Source: Nitrospira sp. (GTDB lineage: Bacteria; Nitrospirota; Nitrospiria; Nitrospirales; Nitrospiraceae). From it: DNA of 64,000 bases. Position 1 is the first letter of the stretch, and the number at the start of each line of letters is the position of its first letter. The notes beneath the pieces are model-generated. The model did no database searches, was not told the origin of the DNA, and saw nothing but the letters and a program-made list of their open reading frames with translations. This document shows, piece by piece, positions 20,578-30,207 of this stretch. Made by a program: the position numbers and the translations under genes. The stretch lies in contig AP038806.1 in the NCBI GenBank assembly GCA_047150005.1, positions 1,024,001-1,088,000 on the forward strand, written 5' to 3'.

Positions 20578-22242
20578 GTGCAAACAGCCACAGCCGGCCG
20601 GCCGAATCTGATCCAAGCCATCCTCGGCTATCTCGGCATCATTTTCCGTCTTGAACGACGGCTCCTGGCACTGGTGTTCTCCTATTCGCTCGCGATCGGG
20701 CTTTTCTCCCTGATTGTCCCGTTGACCGTACAGGAACTGGTCAACACCTTTGCGTTTGCGATCCAGCCGGTCACGATCGTCACTCTCGCCGGCGTCATGG
20801 TCGCGGCCCTCCTATTCGTCGGAGCGTTCAAGGCCCTTCAGTACTATGCCGTGGAGATGCTGGAACGGCGATTTTTTGCCAGAGTCGCCATCGGCATGAC
20901 CGAGCAACTGCCTCGCCTGCAGTTCCTAGGTTTCAAGCCCCGGTATGCCAACTTCTTCATGGAAACCATCTTCATGCAGCGGGCGATGTCCGTGCTCCTG
21001 GTCGATCTGATCGACGTGGTGGTGGGAGGAGCCGTGGGGCTCACCATCCTCGTGTTCTATCACCCTTATTTCCTGCTCTACGCGGCGCTCCTGCTGGCCG
21101 GATTCAACGTCGTCTTCTTCCTGCTGTCCCACGGCGGCCTCAAAGCCACCATTGAGATGTCTCACGCCAAGTACGAAACGCTCCATTGGATGCAGGAAAT
21201 TTCGTACAACCTCCTGCACTTCAAGGCGACGGACAGTCAAACTCTGCTCATGCAGCGAACCGACGACCTTGTCGACCGATACGTGGAAGCCCGCCAGAGC
21301 CGCTTCGGTATCCTGATCCGGCAATATCTGGGATCGGTGGGCTGGCAAGCCGTGGCTCAGGGCGGCCTCATCGCCACCGCAGGGTGGCTCGTTTCGATCG
21401 GACAGCTGACGCTCGGACAATTGGTCGCAGCGGAAGTCGTCGTCAGCGGTCTCATCGCAAGTTTCGACGGTGTGGTGAAGCGCATGGGCCACATTTACTA
21501 TTTCCTAACCGGGCTGGCGGAGTTGGATTTCGTGTTCTCGTTGGCCAAGGATAAGACCGCGACCACGCTTTCAGTTCCGCTCCCGGACCCGACCATTCAC
21601 GGTATTCGCGTGACCTGCAAGGACTTGACCGTTCAACATCCTGAATTGCCTCCGATTTTCGGCGACTTCGATCTCGAAGTGATGCCCGGAGAAAAGATCG
21701 GAGTCTATGCGAGCACGACCATCGCCAAGACGGCGCTGGCCCGCGTCCTGGCCGGTATCGAAGCGCCCACCTCGGGCGTCATCCGTTACAACGGCGTCGA
21801 TCTTCGGCATATCGACATTACCGCCATCAACCGTTGCCGCGGCTTTATGATCGACTCCCAATTGTCGCTCTTCGAAGGCACGATCGAGGACAACATCGTC
21901 CTGGGGCGCTCCTATATCCCATACGCCGATGTCCGATGGGCGTTACGCATGGTGGAGTTGGAAGAGGAAGTTGACACCCTGCCGCAGGGGCTGAAGACGA
22001 ACGTGCGCGCCCCGGGAAAAATCCTCGCCCCGACTCATATCGTCCGCATCCTTCTCGCCCGGGCTATTTTGAGCCGGCCTCAAATCCTGATCTTCGACGG
22101 CATCCTTCACAATCTGCCGCCGGCTTTGCGCGAAACTGTCCTCCGTCGCATCTGTTCCAAGGACGAGCCCTGGTCGGTCGTCTTCGTCTCCAATGACCCC
22201 AATTTGACGTCGCATGTCGATCGGCGACTGATCCTTAACTGA
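20578..22242 (+). CDS. ABC exporter fused TMD-NBD with degenerate ATPase motifs
   Basis: ABC TMD (GQLTLGQLVAAE); NBD landmarks GEKIG, LFEGTIEDNI, LARAILSRPQILIFD, but no GxxGxGK and no LSGGQ. Confidence 0.85.
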   Translation: MQTATAGRPNLIQAILGYLGIIFRLERRLLALVFSYSLAIGLFSLIVPLTVQELVNTFAFAIQPVTIVTLAGVMVAALLFVGAFKALQYYAVEMLERRFFARVAIGMTEQLPRLQFLGFKPRYANFFMETIFMQRAMSVLLVDLIDVVVGGAVGLTILVFYHPYFLLYAALLLAGFNVVFFLLSHGGLKATIEMSHAKYETLHWMQEISYNLLHFKATDSQTLLMQRTDDLVDRYVEARQSRFGILIRQYLGSVGWQAVAQGGLIATAGWLVSIGQLTLGQLVAAEVVVSGLIASFDGVVKRMGHIYYFLTGLAELDFVFSLAKDKTATTLSVPLPDPTIHGIRVTCKDLTVQHPELPPIFGDFDLEVMPGEKIGVYASTTIAKTALARVLAGIEAPTSGVIRYNGVDLRHIDITAINRCRGFMIDSQLSLFEGTIEDNIVLGRSYIPYADVRWALRMVELEEEVDTLPQGLKTNVRAPGKILAPTHIVRILLARAILSRPQILIFDGILHNLPPALRETVLRRICSKDEPWSVVFVSNDPNLTSHVDRRLILN

Positions 22243-22255
22243 AGAGAGGAGCGGC

Positions 22256-23041
22256 GTGCATCCCGTGAAATGGATTTTCTCGTTCAGGCCTCGCGTCTCG
22301 CAGGTGATCGTCAGCATCCTGATCGCCGGATTGGGCTGGCTCAGCGGGCAGGCATTGAGCCGTGTCGACCAGGACCTCCGCATCATGTACACGGAATACA
22401 CGCTCGGCGCAGCCGATCTCGCGCATATCTCGGCCGACGTGATGCGCTATCGCAACACGATCATCCGGGCATTGGAAGCGGACAGTCGGAAGGAGTTCGA
22501 ACGCATCACCGAGTCGTTGCCGATTCAGCGTGCGCGGATTCAGCAGGCGGTCGACCGTTACGCCGCGGCAGGGCTGCGCGTCTCGCGGAGCGGGCGGAGC
22601 GAGCCGGAGGACATCGAAGCGGTACGGAGGAGTCTCGATCAGTACTTTTCGGTGGCCAGCACGACCGTTCAACTGCTGACTCAAGAATGGACGGCGGGGT
22701 CCCAGTCCGAGCGAGAGGTCCTGCGGCGAAAAGCGGAAGAACATGCCGCAGATAACGGCGGCCCCAAGATGATTCAGGTCAGTCTGGCGCTGGACCGATT
22801 GCTGGACACGGTCGCCGACGTGGCGAAAGACATGCGGGAGGAAGGCACCAGAGCGATCCAAAATACCAGTTTGCTGCTCGTCGTGGGCAGTTTCTTTGTC
22901 GCATTTCTGAATCTGCTTTTAGCGAGACGGCACCACGCGGACACACAGGATGACTCGGCGGAATCCACCCACGCATCGTCTTCCTCCGTCCCGCTTCCCC
23001 TTTCCGGCAACCACCGGAATTCTCTCTTGCGCTCCGAATAG
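22256..23041 (+). CDS. Stand-alone four-helix-bundle (4HB_MCP-like) periplasmic sensor, 2 TM
   Basis: TM, LRIMYTEYTLGAADLAHI helical domain, TM, then a short low-complexity tail with no signalling domain. Confidence 0.7.
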   Translation: MHPVKWIFSFRPRVSQVIVSILIAGLGWLSGQALSRVDQDLRIMYTEYTLGAADLAHISADVMRYRNTIIRALEADSRKEFERITESLPIQRARIQQAVDRYAAAGLRVSRSGRSEPEDIEAVRRSLDQYFSVASTTVQLLTQEWTAGSQSEREVLRRKAEEHAADNGGPKMIQVSLALDRLLDTVADVAKDMREEGTRAIQNTSLLLVVGSFFVAFLNLLLARRHHADTQDDSAESTHASSSSVPLPLSGNHRNSLLRSE

Positions 23042-23056
23042 AGCCGGCGTTCAGAG

Positions 23057-23779
23057 TCATCCGCGAGAATCACTGCTTCGTCCCACGGCGCGAAACAGCT
23101 CGTTGCGTTCCTTCGGCGTCAAGGGCATCCATCGCCCCTTCGCCAAACCGGCGATGGTGATATGCATGATGCGGACACGATGGAGATCGGTGACCCGAAA
23201 GCCGAGCGCGCGGCACATCCGTCTGATCTGCCGGTTGCGCCCCTCCGTCAGAATGATCCGAAACCGTCGGGGTCCCAACCGTTCCAGTCGGCAGGGCTTC
23301 GTGGGGCTGCCGAGAATCACCACGCCCGACGCCATGCCGTCCAGAAAGGCGCGGTCGAATGAGCGATCAACGGTCACCTCGTATTCGCGCTCGTGCCCGT
23401 GCTCCGTTCGGAGAATGTCATTGACGATGTCGCCGTCGTTGGTCAAGAGAATCAGACCGGACGAATCTTTGTCTAAACGTCCGATCGGAAAGATGCGTTC
23501 CCGGTGTCCGATCTCCGCGATGATGTTTCTCGGCACACGGACCTCGCTCGTCGTGGTAACTCCCACAGGCTTGTGGTACTTGATATAGATCGGCTCCTGT
23601 CCCCATGGGATGACTTCGCCGTCCCGCGCGATGACGTCGCCGGAGGAGACGCGGTCCCCGAGCTTCGCCACCTTCTGATTGATGGTCACGCGCCCTGTCT
23701 CGATCAGGCGATCGGCTTCACGGCGTGAACAGATCCCGTGCTGGGTAAAAAACTTGTTGATGCGGATGGAGTCGGTCAC
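23057..23779 (-). CDS. RsuA/RluB/RluF-family rRNA pseudouridine synthase
   Basis: RINKF...CSRREAD S4 domain, KPVG, IGRLDKDSSGLILLTNDG, LTEGRNRQIRRM. Confidence 0.93.
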   Translation of the reverse strand: MTDSIRINKFFTQHGICSRREADRLIETGRVTINQKVAKLGDRVSSGDVIARDGEVIPWGQEPIYIKYHKPVGVTTTSEVRVPRNIIAEIGHRERIFPIGRLDKDSSGLILLTNDGDIVNDILRTEHGHEREYEVTVDRSFDRAFLDGMASGVVILGSPTKPCRLERLGPRRFRIILTEGRNRQIRRMCRALGFRVTDLHRVRIMHITIAGLAKGRWMPLTPKERNELFRAVGRSSDSRG

Positions 23780-23868
23780 AAGGCGGCGCGGGAGAAGACG
23801 GTTGTGAGTTGTGAGTTTCTCGTTATGAGTCCCAAATTCTAAAAATCTAGAACTCAAAACTATTCCTA

Positions 23869-24801
23869 CTAGTGGACGCGGCGGCCCGCCTTGATCCGCC
23901 CCAGTATCCGATAAATCAGCCGGGCGACGCAAAACTGAGGAGCCACGAAGCCTTCGATCGGCGCGATTTCGCTGATGTCCATTCCGAGAATACCCGGGCC
24001 GTTGGCCAGGGCCGTCACCAGGTTGAGCGTATCGTACCAGCCCAACCCCCCCGGCTCAGGCGTTCCCAGAGCCGGCACCAACGAGGCGTCCAGTCCGTCG
24101 CAGTCAAACGTTAAATAGACCGGGCCGGTACAGGCCTTCACGATGTCGGGAATCCATCGCGACGCTTTCCCTTCGTAGGGTCCTGATGGGTCGAGCAACG
24201 AAGCCGCAAAAAACGTCGCGATCGACTTGGCCTGCCTGATCCGTTCGATCTCTTCAGGGCAGATCGACCGAATACCGACTTGGACCAAGGGCAGACCATC
24301 GTCGACGACGCGCGCCATGACGCTGGCGTGGCTGTACGGGTTCCCCTGGTAGGCGTTGCGGAGATCTCCATGTGCGTCAATTTGCACGACACAGAGGTGC
24401 GGATACTTTTTCGCATGCGCCCTGATCGCTCCCAACGCGCCGGTATGCTCGCCGGTCAGGGTGATGAGGAACCGGCCTGTTCCCACGTGCGGACGGACAA
24501 ATGCCTCGATCGCATCAACCGCCGCCTGGTCGACCCTGCCGGCCAGATCCAACGATTTGATGGTAGCGATGCCGCCCCATTCCCGGTACGGCTCGCACCG
24601 GAGCAGTTCATCGTAAAATTCGACCTGATGGGACGCTTCGATGATGGCGGAGGGTCCTTTATCCGATCCGAGAATGTAGCTCGAGGTGTGCTCGTAGGGA
24701 GCAGGCAGGACGTAGAGACCGGCCTGGTCGGGATGACACCAGGGTTCTTCAAGTCCGAGGAAATTGCGTTCGCAGCCTTCCCAGCCGGCGGGAAGTGTCA
24801 T
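23869..24801 (-). CDS. speB: Agmatinase (ureohydrolase family)
   Basis: GEH, DAHGD, SHAS, TFDCDGLD, GTPEPGG. Confidence 0.9.
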   Translation of the reverse strand: MTLPAGWEGCERNFLGLEEPWCHPDQAGLYVLPAPYEHTSSYILGSDKGPSAIIEASHQVEFYDELLRCEPYREWGGIATIKSLDLAGRVDQAAVDAIEAFVRPHVGTGRFLITLTGEHTGALGAIRAHAKKYPHLCVVQIDAHGDLRNAYQGNPYSHASVMARVVDDGLPLVQVGIRSICPEEIERIRQAKSIATFFAASLLDPSGPYEGKASRWIPDIVKACTGPVYLTFDCDGLDASLVPALGTPEPGGLGWYDTLNLVTALANGPGILGMDISEIAPIEGFVAPQFCVARLIYRILGRIKAGRRVH

Positions 24802-24864
24802 GAATATGCGCTCTCAAGGCGGGAGTCGACCCGCGCCGATCCCATGTGATGATCCTCGTCTGGG

Positions 24865-25434
24865 TCACCGACGGGATCGTTTCGGAAGATTCTCCAGCGG
24901 AATGAAGACCGCCAGTGCCACGACGGTGGTCCATTTTCCCGGCTTGCCGATGGCCGACTGCGTGATATTCAAGGTTCTCACGATCTTGCCGCCCATCTTG
25001 AAGACCTGCTCGCGCTCTTTCCAGGCGATGTTCGGATCGAATTCCACGCCCAGTGTCGTCGCCAACATCTGCGCCGCCAGATCCTCGGTATATTCCCCGG
25101 TCTCTTCGTCGGTTTCCCCATGAGCGTGATGTTCGGAGAGATACCCGTAGGTGCGCCGATCGGTGGGAATAGCTAAGCCGATCGAAGCCGAGACCAACCG
25201 GTTTCGCTCGTTGGTCTCCGACCGCGCCATGACGCAATGGGTGATCTCACCGGGATTGAGGAGTTTCTCGCCGCGTTTTCTGGGAATGATCTTGCAGTTG
25301 GGAGGAAGAATCGAGGACACGCTGACGAGATTGCAATAGGCCACGCCGGCACTCCGCAACGCTTGCTCGAAGGAGGCTAGCTTTTCTCGATGGACGCCGA
25401 CTCCTCTTGTGAGAAACATGTGCGTAGGTACCAT
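24865..25434 (-). CDS. Pyruvoyl-dependent arginine decarboxylase
   Basis: [10 protein letters not shown]...[11 protein letters not shown] with the Ser-Ser self-cleavage site; YGYLSEH. Confidence 0.92.
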   Translation of the reverse strand: MVPTHMFLTRGVGVHREKLASFEQALRSAGVAYCNLVSVSSILPPNCKIIPRKRGEKLLNPGEITHCVMARSETNERNRLVSASIGLAIPTDRRTYGYLSEHHAHGETDEETGEYTEDLAAQMLATTLGVEFDPNIAWKEREQVFKMGGKIVRTLNITQSAIGKPGKWTTVVALAVFIPLENLPKRSRR

Positions 25435-25588
25435 CGTCTCATCCCCCTTAGCTTCGTCCGCCCTCTCGCGGACCCGTCCTCGCCCACCGCAGGCCTCGCA
25501 CTGCACGAACCGGCGCACAGGGCCGCTGTTGTATCAAGAATGTGGCCTGTTCGCAATATCCAGACGCGTTCTCGACCCAGAAACCGGC

Positions 25589-27019
25589 TCAGGATATCTT
25601 CAGATTCAAGACGAGTAGACGCGGTTCGGTCATCTCCTCGATCGTGGAGGCGACGCCTTCGCGGCCCAGACCGGAATCCTTCACGCCGCCGTAGGGCATG
25701 TGCTCCGCCCGAAACGTGGGAATCTCGTTCGCCAACACCGCTCCCACTTCCAGCCGTCGGAAGGCCTGGAAGACCTTGTCCACGTCCTTGGTGAAGACAC
25801 CCGCTTGCAGCCCATAGTCCGACCGGTTCAGGGCGTCGACGGCTTCGTCAAATTCCCCGTAGGGCGTCACCGTGACGACCGGTCCGAAGACTTCCTGACA
25901 GGACACCTTCATGGCGGGCGTGACGTTACCCAAGACGGTGGCCTCGACGACGGAGCCGAGCCGCTTCCCCCCCAGAAGCACGCGGGCTCCTTGCGACACG
26001 GCCTCCGCAATCCACGCCTCGACGCGGTTCGCAGCGCCTTGATCGATCAAAGGGCCGACGACCGTCCCGCCGTCGCCGGGGTCTCCGACCTTCAAACGCG
26101 CCACTTGCAGCAACAGCTTGGTCGTAAAGAGATCGGCAATGGAGTGATGAACAAAAATCTGCTGGACCGAGATGCAGGTTTGGCCGGCATACGAAAACGC
26201 TCCGGCGGCGCAACGTTGAGTCGCCAATTCCAAGTCGGCATCGGGCTCGATGATCACACCCGCGTTGCCACCAAGTTCCAGCACAACCTTTTTTTTCCCG
26301 GAGAGAGCCTTCAGTTTCCAGCCGACCGCGGCGCTGCCGGTAAAGCTGAGCAGCTTGAACCGCGGATCCGTCACGAGCTGCTCCGCCACGGTGTTGTCGC
26401 AGGGCAGGATGTTCAAACCGCCGGGAGGCACCCCGGCCTCCATCGCCACTTCTCCCAGTAAGAGCGCGGTGAGCGGGGTCTGGGGAGCCGGTTTGATCAG
26501 AATGGAATTGCCGGCGGCCAATGCCGGAGCCACCTTGTGAGCCACCAGATTGAGCGGAAAATTGAACGGCGTAATGCCCAGCACCGGTCCGATGGGAACG
26601 CGTCGAAGAATGCCGAGGTGCGAGTCGGTCCCCGGCGTCCAGTCGAGGGGAATCACGTCCCCCGGGATTCTCCTTGCCTCCTCCGCCGCCACCGTGAAGG
26701 TCTGCACGGCTCGACTCACTTCGCGTTTGGCGTCGGTGATCGGCTTGCCCGCCTCGGCGGTCATCAGCTGGGCGAATTCGTCCCGCCGGTCATAGAGCGC
26801 TCCGGCGATCTTCTGTAACAGGTGATAGCGGGCGTGCGAGGGAAGCGTCCCCATCTGCCGGGCGGCGTCACTGGTCGACTGAGCCGCGTCAGCCGCGTCG
26901 TCGAGACCGGCCTGCGCCACCTCCGCCAGCACCGTTCCCGTAAAGGGATCGTGCACAGGGAGGGCTATCTTGCCCTGTCGCCAATTGCCGCCGATAAGAA
27001 ATGGACGTGGTCCCTGCAA
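25589..27019 (-). CDS. NAD(P)-dependent aldehyde dehydrogenase
   Basis: ITPFNFP, FTGS, LELGGN, GQTCIS, EVFGP, PYGGVKDSG. Confidence 0.95.
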   Translation of the reverse strand: MQGPRPFLIGGNWRQGKIALPVHDPFTGTVLAEVAQAGLDDAADAAQSTSDAARQMGTLPSHARYHLLQKIAGALYDRRDEFAQLMTAEAGKPITDAKREVSRAVQTFTVAAEEARRIPGDVIPLDWTPGTDSHLGILRRVPIGPVLGITPFNFPLNLVAHKVAPALAAGNSILIKPAPQTPLTALLLGEVAMEAGVPPGGLNILPCDNTVAEQLVTDPRFKLLSFTGSAAVGWKLKALSGKKKVVLELGGNAGVIIEPDADLELATQRCAAGAFSYAGQTCISVQQIFVHHSIADLFTTKLLLQVARLKVGDPGDGGTVVGPLIDQGAANRVEAWIAEAVSQGARVLLGGKRLGSVVEATVLGNVTPAMKVSCQEVFGPVVTVTPYGEFDEAVDALNRSDYGLQAGVFTKDVDKVFQAFRRLEVGAVLANEIPTFRAEHMPYGGVKDSGLGREGVASTIEEMTEPRLLVLNLKIS

Positions 27020-27105
27020 CGAGACACTCCACAGAGGGAAAGGAACGTGCGCAGAGGCTGCGCTCGCGCGAGCCGTCGCCCCAGCTCCCCGCTACATCGC
27101 GCCGA

Positions 27106-27393
27106 CTAGAGCGCGGACTCGATTGAGGATGTGGAAGCCGGCTCGGCCGTCGCGGCGGGCTCCGCCGCTGCAGCCTGCTCTCCGGCGACCGCCTTGCTGA
27201 TCAGATCTTCCGTGCCCCAATCACGAATCGCTTCGAGAGAAAAGGCTTCGTAGGTCGAGACGCCGTGGCAGGACGGACAATCCGGCATCGGGACCTTGCG
27301 GTAAAACACCTCCGACAGACAGGACATGCACACCCAGAACGGAGGCTCGTTGTCGCGGTGAGGAACGGACCAGAACGATTGCGTGATTGACAT
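27106..27393 (-). CDS. Small CxxC-CxxC (Zn-ribbon/rubredoxin-like) protein
   Basis: WVCMSC...PDCPSCHG; AAGGA RBS-like sequence upstream. Confidence 0.7.
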   Translation of the reverse strand: MSITQSFWSVPHRDNEPPFWVCMSCLSEVFYRKVPMPDCPSCHGVSTYEAFSLEAIRDWGTEDLISKAVAGEQAAAAEPAATAEPASTSSIESAL

Positions 27394-27439
27394 AGGTTAT
27401 CCTTCTTTAGGTGTGTCCGCCGGTTGGGTCCTCATGGTC

Positions 27440-28084
27440 TTACGACGGCGGCGTCTTGCTGAGCATGCGATCGATCTCCTCCGCGAAGGCTTCGAACGGA
27501 AAAGCGCCGGGAATAGCGACGGCAGGATCCTTTTCCGTCGGGCCGGCGGCCGTGTACATCAGGATGAATCCCGGGGTCCCGTGGAATCCCCAGCGGTTTG
27601 CCTCCTGCCGATCCTGGAAGATCGATTCCAAATGGCGCCGTTCATCAAAACACTGCCCGAACGCAGCCTGATCCAGCCCGATCGCTTTGGCAAATCCCTT
27701 GAACGCACTGGATTCCAAGCGCCCGCCTTCCGTGAACAAACGATCATGCATCGCCCAATATCGCCCTTGGGCGCCGGCGCACCGCGCCGCCACGGCCGCG
27801 TCGACTCCGACGCCGCGATCGGCACGCGGATAATCTCGATACACGAATTTCACTTTTCCGGTATCGATGTACTTGGCCTGCAGCCTCGGCAACGTCTCGC
27901 GGAAGAACTTGAGGCAGTAGCCACAGGTAAAGTCGGAATATTCGACTAGCGTAATCGGGGCATCCGCCCGCCCTCTGATCCGTCCGTCATCAGTGATCGT
28001 CCCGGCCTCGAGTCCCCCTGCCCATGTAAGGGCAAGGCCCATCACCAAGGAGGACACGATTTTTCGAACCGAGGTCAGCGTCAT
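27440..28084 (-). CDS. DsbA/BdbD-family thiol-disulfide oxidoreductase
   Basis: EYSDFTCGYC, GTPGF, signal peptide. Confidence 0.9.
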   Translation of the reverse strand: MTLTSVRKIVSSLVMGLALTWAGGLEAGTITDDGRIRGRADAPITLVEYSDFTCGYCLKFFRETLPRLQAKYIDTGKVKFVYRDYPRADRGVGVDAAVAARCAGAQGRYWAMHDRLFTEGGRLESSAFKGFAKAIGLDQAAFGQCFDERRHLESIFQDRQEANRWGFHGTPGFILMYTAAGPTEKDPAVAIPGAFPFEAFAEEIDRMLSKTPPS

Positions 28085-29190
28085 GTTTTGCGGGCAGCCC
28101 GTTTGAGTTTCATTCGTTCCAGCAAACCGACCATCAACAACGGCCAGACAACCGTCGCATCGCTCAAGACCTCGGCGAAACGCCCGCCCTCCTCAGGGGA
28201 GACGAATTTGCCCCACGAGATGCCCTCCTGATAGGTGCACCCACTCAGACCGCCCCAATAGTCCGGCTCCGGACAGATCCGCACTCCATAGTGAAAGCGG
28301 GGAGGCTTGACGTTGAGTCCCAGTCGCATGTTGCTGATCTCGATATACGGTCCCACCTGCTGAGACCAGTTGCGAGGGACTCCCCCGCCGATCGTAAAAA
28401 TTCCCAGGCGCTTGGCCGAAGTGATGTGCGTCGTGTAGCTGTTGAGATCCTGATAGGGATTGAAGGACGGGCAGGATTTGTTGATCGTCCGGAGGATATC
28501 CAGATCGCTCCCACCTTTGGTTTGAGCACGCGCCTGATCCACCACGCGGCCCATCGCCCAGGTTCCGACATCCAGGCCCATTTCGGAATCGGTAAAGGCG
28601 GGAATATAGACCGGAACCTTCTTGAGATAGGCACTTTTCAGGATGCCGGCTCCGTCGAATTCCTCCGCCAGCGTCCGGCCGAGCTCGCGGGTCAGCAATT
28701 CCGACGACAACGGCTGGTTCGGGTCGATCCGCTTCATCGTCTGGCCGACGACATGCTCGACATAGTTCAGATTCGATTCCATCTCGAGCGTGTCGTAGAC
28801 GCGATTGTACCCTTTGCGGAACAACTCCTCGTCGCTCATCGACGGATGATGACGATAATGTGTTTTCCCAACCGACTCGCTGAGCCCGTGGGCGATCAAG
28901 GCCCCGGTCGAGACGACGCATTGCACCATCCCATGGTCGATCATGGTGCTGATGATCTTGCCCATCTTCGCAATGGTCATGGCCCCGGACAGGGTCATCA
29001 CGACGGAGCAGTCCGGATCGTCGATCATCGCCGACAAGACTTCGTAGGCTTCGCCCAGCCGGCGGCCCCCGAAGGCGGTCTTGCGCATCGCGGTCAACAG
29101 GTCGTCGAATGATGTGATAGCTTCGGGATCGAGAGGCTCCAGCGCTTCAAGTCCGTCCTTCGCCCCGTCCCGAAATTCTCTAGCGCCCAT
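28081..29190 (-). CDS. Deoxyhypusine synthase-like protein (probable homospermidine-pathway aminobutyltransferase)
   Basis: TLSGA, GYNRVYD, PAFTDSEMG, IGGGVPRN, GGLSGC, EGISWGK. Confidence 0.9.
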   Translation of the reverse strand: MGAREFRDGAKDGLEALEPLDPEAITSFDDLLTAMRKTAFGGRRLGEAYEVLSAMIDDPDCSVVMTLSGAMTIAKMGKIISTMIDHGMVQCVVSTGALIAHGLSESVGKTHYRHHPSMSDEELFRKGYNRVYDTLEMESNLNYVEHVVGQTMKRIDPNQPLSSELLTRELGRTLAEEFDGAGILKSAYLKKVPVYIPAFTDSEMGLDVGTWAMGRVVDQARAQTKGGSDLDILRTINKSCPSFNPYQDLNSYTTHITSAKRLGIFTIGGGVPRNWSQQVGPYIEISNMRLGLNVKPPRFHYGVRICPEPDYWGGLSGCTYQEGISWGKFVSPEEGGRFAEVLSDATVVWPLLMVGLLERMKLKRAARKT

Positions 29191-29487
29191 AAGAGTAAGA
29201 GTCGTCCTGTTCCGGATGTGGAAGCAGAGGGAAGCGCATCCGTTATACACAACCGACGCCGGAGGCGTCAATTGAAGGTCGAGCTGATAATCCCTTGTCC
29301 ATACGGCAGACGCTGCCTGTATGGATCATGGAGATGGACAGCGCGACGCACGCGCTCATGCCGTGGAGGATTGCCGCAAGACAAGACCCTGGGACTGAGG
29401 GCAGGCTTGACCGATATCTCGTCCCGATATAGCATCGGCAGCCTCCCGCGGGATCTCTCGATCTGTTCACCGCAAGAGTATTGATCC

Positions 29488-29745
29488 ATGATTCATGGAA
29501 CCTTCACGGCGGGCTACTATGCGCTGAACGGCGACCGGATCTTTCTCGACTTCGAAGCTCGATTCTTGCGGAAGGACTGGGACAATGAACTTCGGTCGTG
29601 GATTCTGCGGTCACCCAGCAATTGGATCCGTTTGTGGTCTCTCCGTTTCGGGCGCACCCACATCAAGGCTGTGCTGCTGGACGAGGCATGGTTCGAGGGA
29701 AACCCTTTGGCGACCTGCTGCAACGTCGGCAGCGGCCTGGACTGA
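29488..29745 (+). CDS. Small hypothetical protein
   Basis: 85-codon ORF filling an otherwise empty gap; no recognisable motif. Confidence 0.3.
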   Translation: MIHGTFTAGYYALNGDRIFLDFEARFLRKDWDNELRSWILRSPSNWIRLWSLRFGRTHIKAVLLDEAWFEGNPLATCCNVGSGLD

Positions 29746-29788
29746 ATATCCACACGGGGGGATGCACAATGGTCACGGAGGATATCCA

Positions 29789-30139
29789 ATGAAGCTGTCA
29801 ACGGTTACCCTTCTTATTCTGTCCAATGTCTTCATGACGATCGCCTGGTATGGCCATCTGCGATTCATGGATCGGCCGCTCTGGGTGGTCGTGGTCGCCA
29901 GCTGGGGAATCGCTTTTTTTGAGTATTGTCTACAGGTGCCGGCCAATCGATTCGGCTATTACGCGGTCACGGCCTATGAACTCAAGACCGTTCAGGAAGT
30001 CATCACCCTGACGGTTTTTATTGTTTTCGCGCAACTGTATCTGGGCGAGCACCTGAGGCCAAAGCATCTGGCGGGATTTATTCTGCTGATCGTGGCGGCC
30101 TGGATGGTGTTCCAGGACCGTTATGGCCTGGAGTGGTGA
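29789..30139 (+). CDS. DMT-superfamily small membrane protein (DUF486-like)
   Basis: GGAGG RBS; LSNVFMTIAWYGHL, SWGIAFFEYCLQVPANRFG, LKTVQEVITL. Confidence 0.9.
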   Translation: MKLSTVTLLILSNVFMTIAWYGHLRFMDRPLWVVVVASWGIAFFEYCLQVPANRFGYYAVTAYELKTVQEVITLTVFIVFAQLYLGEHLRPKHLAGFILLIVAAWMVFQDRYGLEW

Positions 30140-30207
30140 GACGGGATGACGAGCGGTTCCCACGATCTCATTTCAGCACCGCCCTTCACTTCAGGAAGCT
30201 CGGCCAC

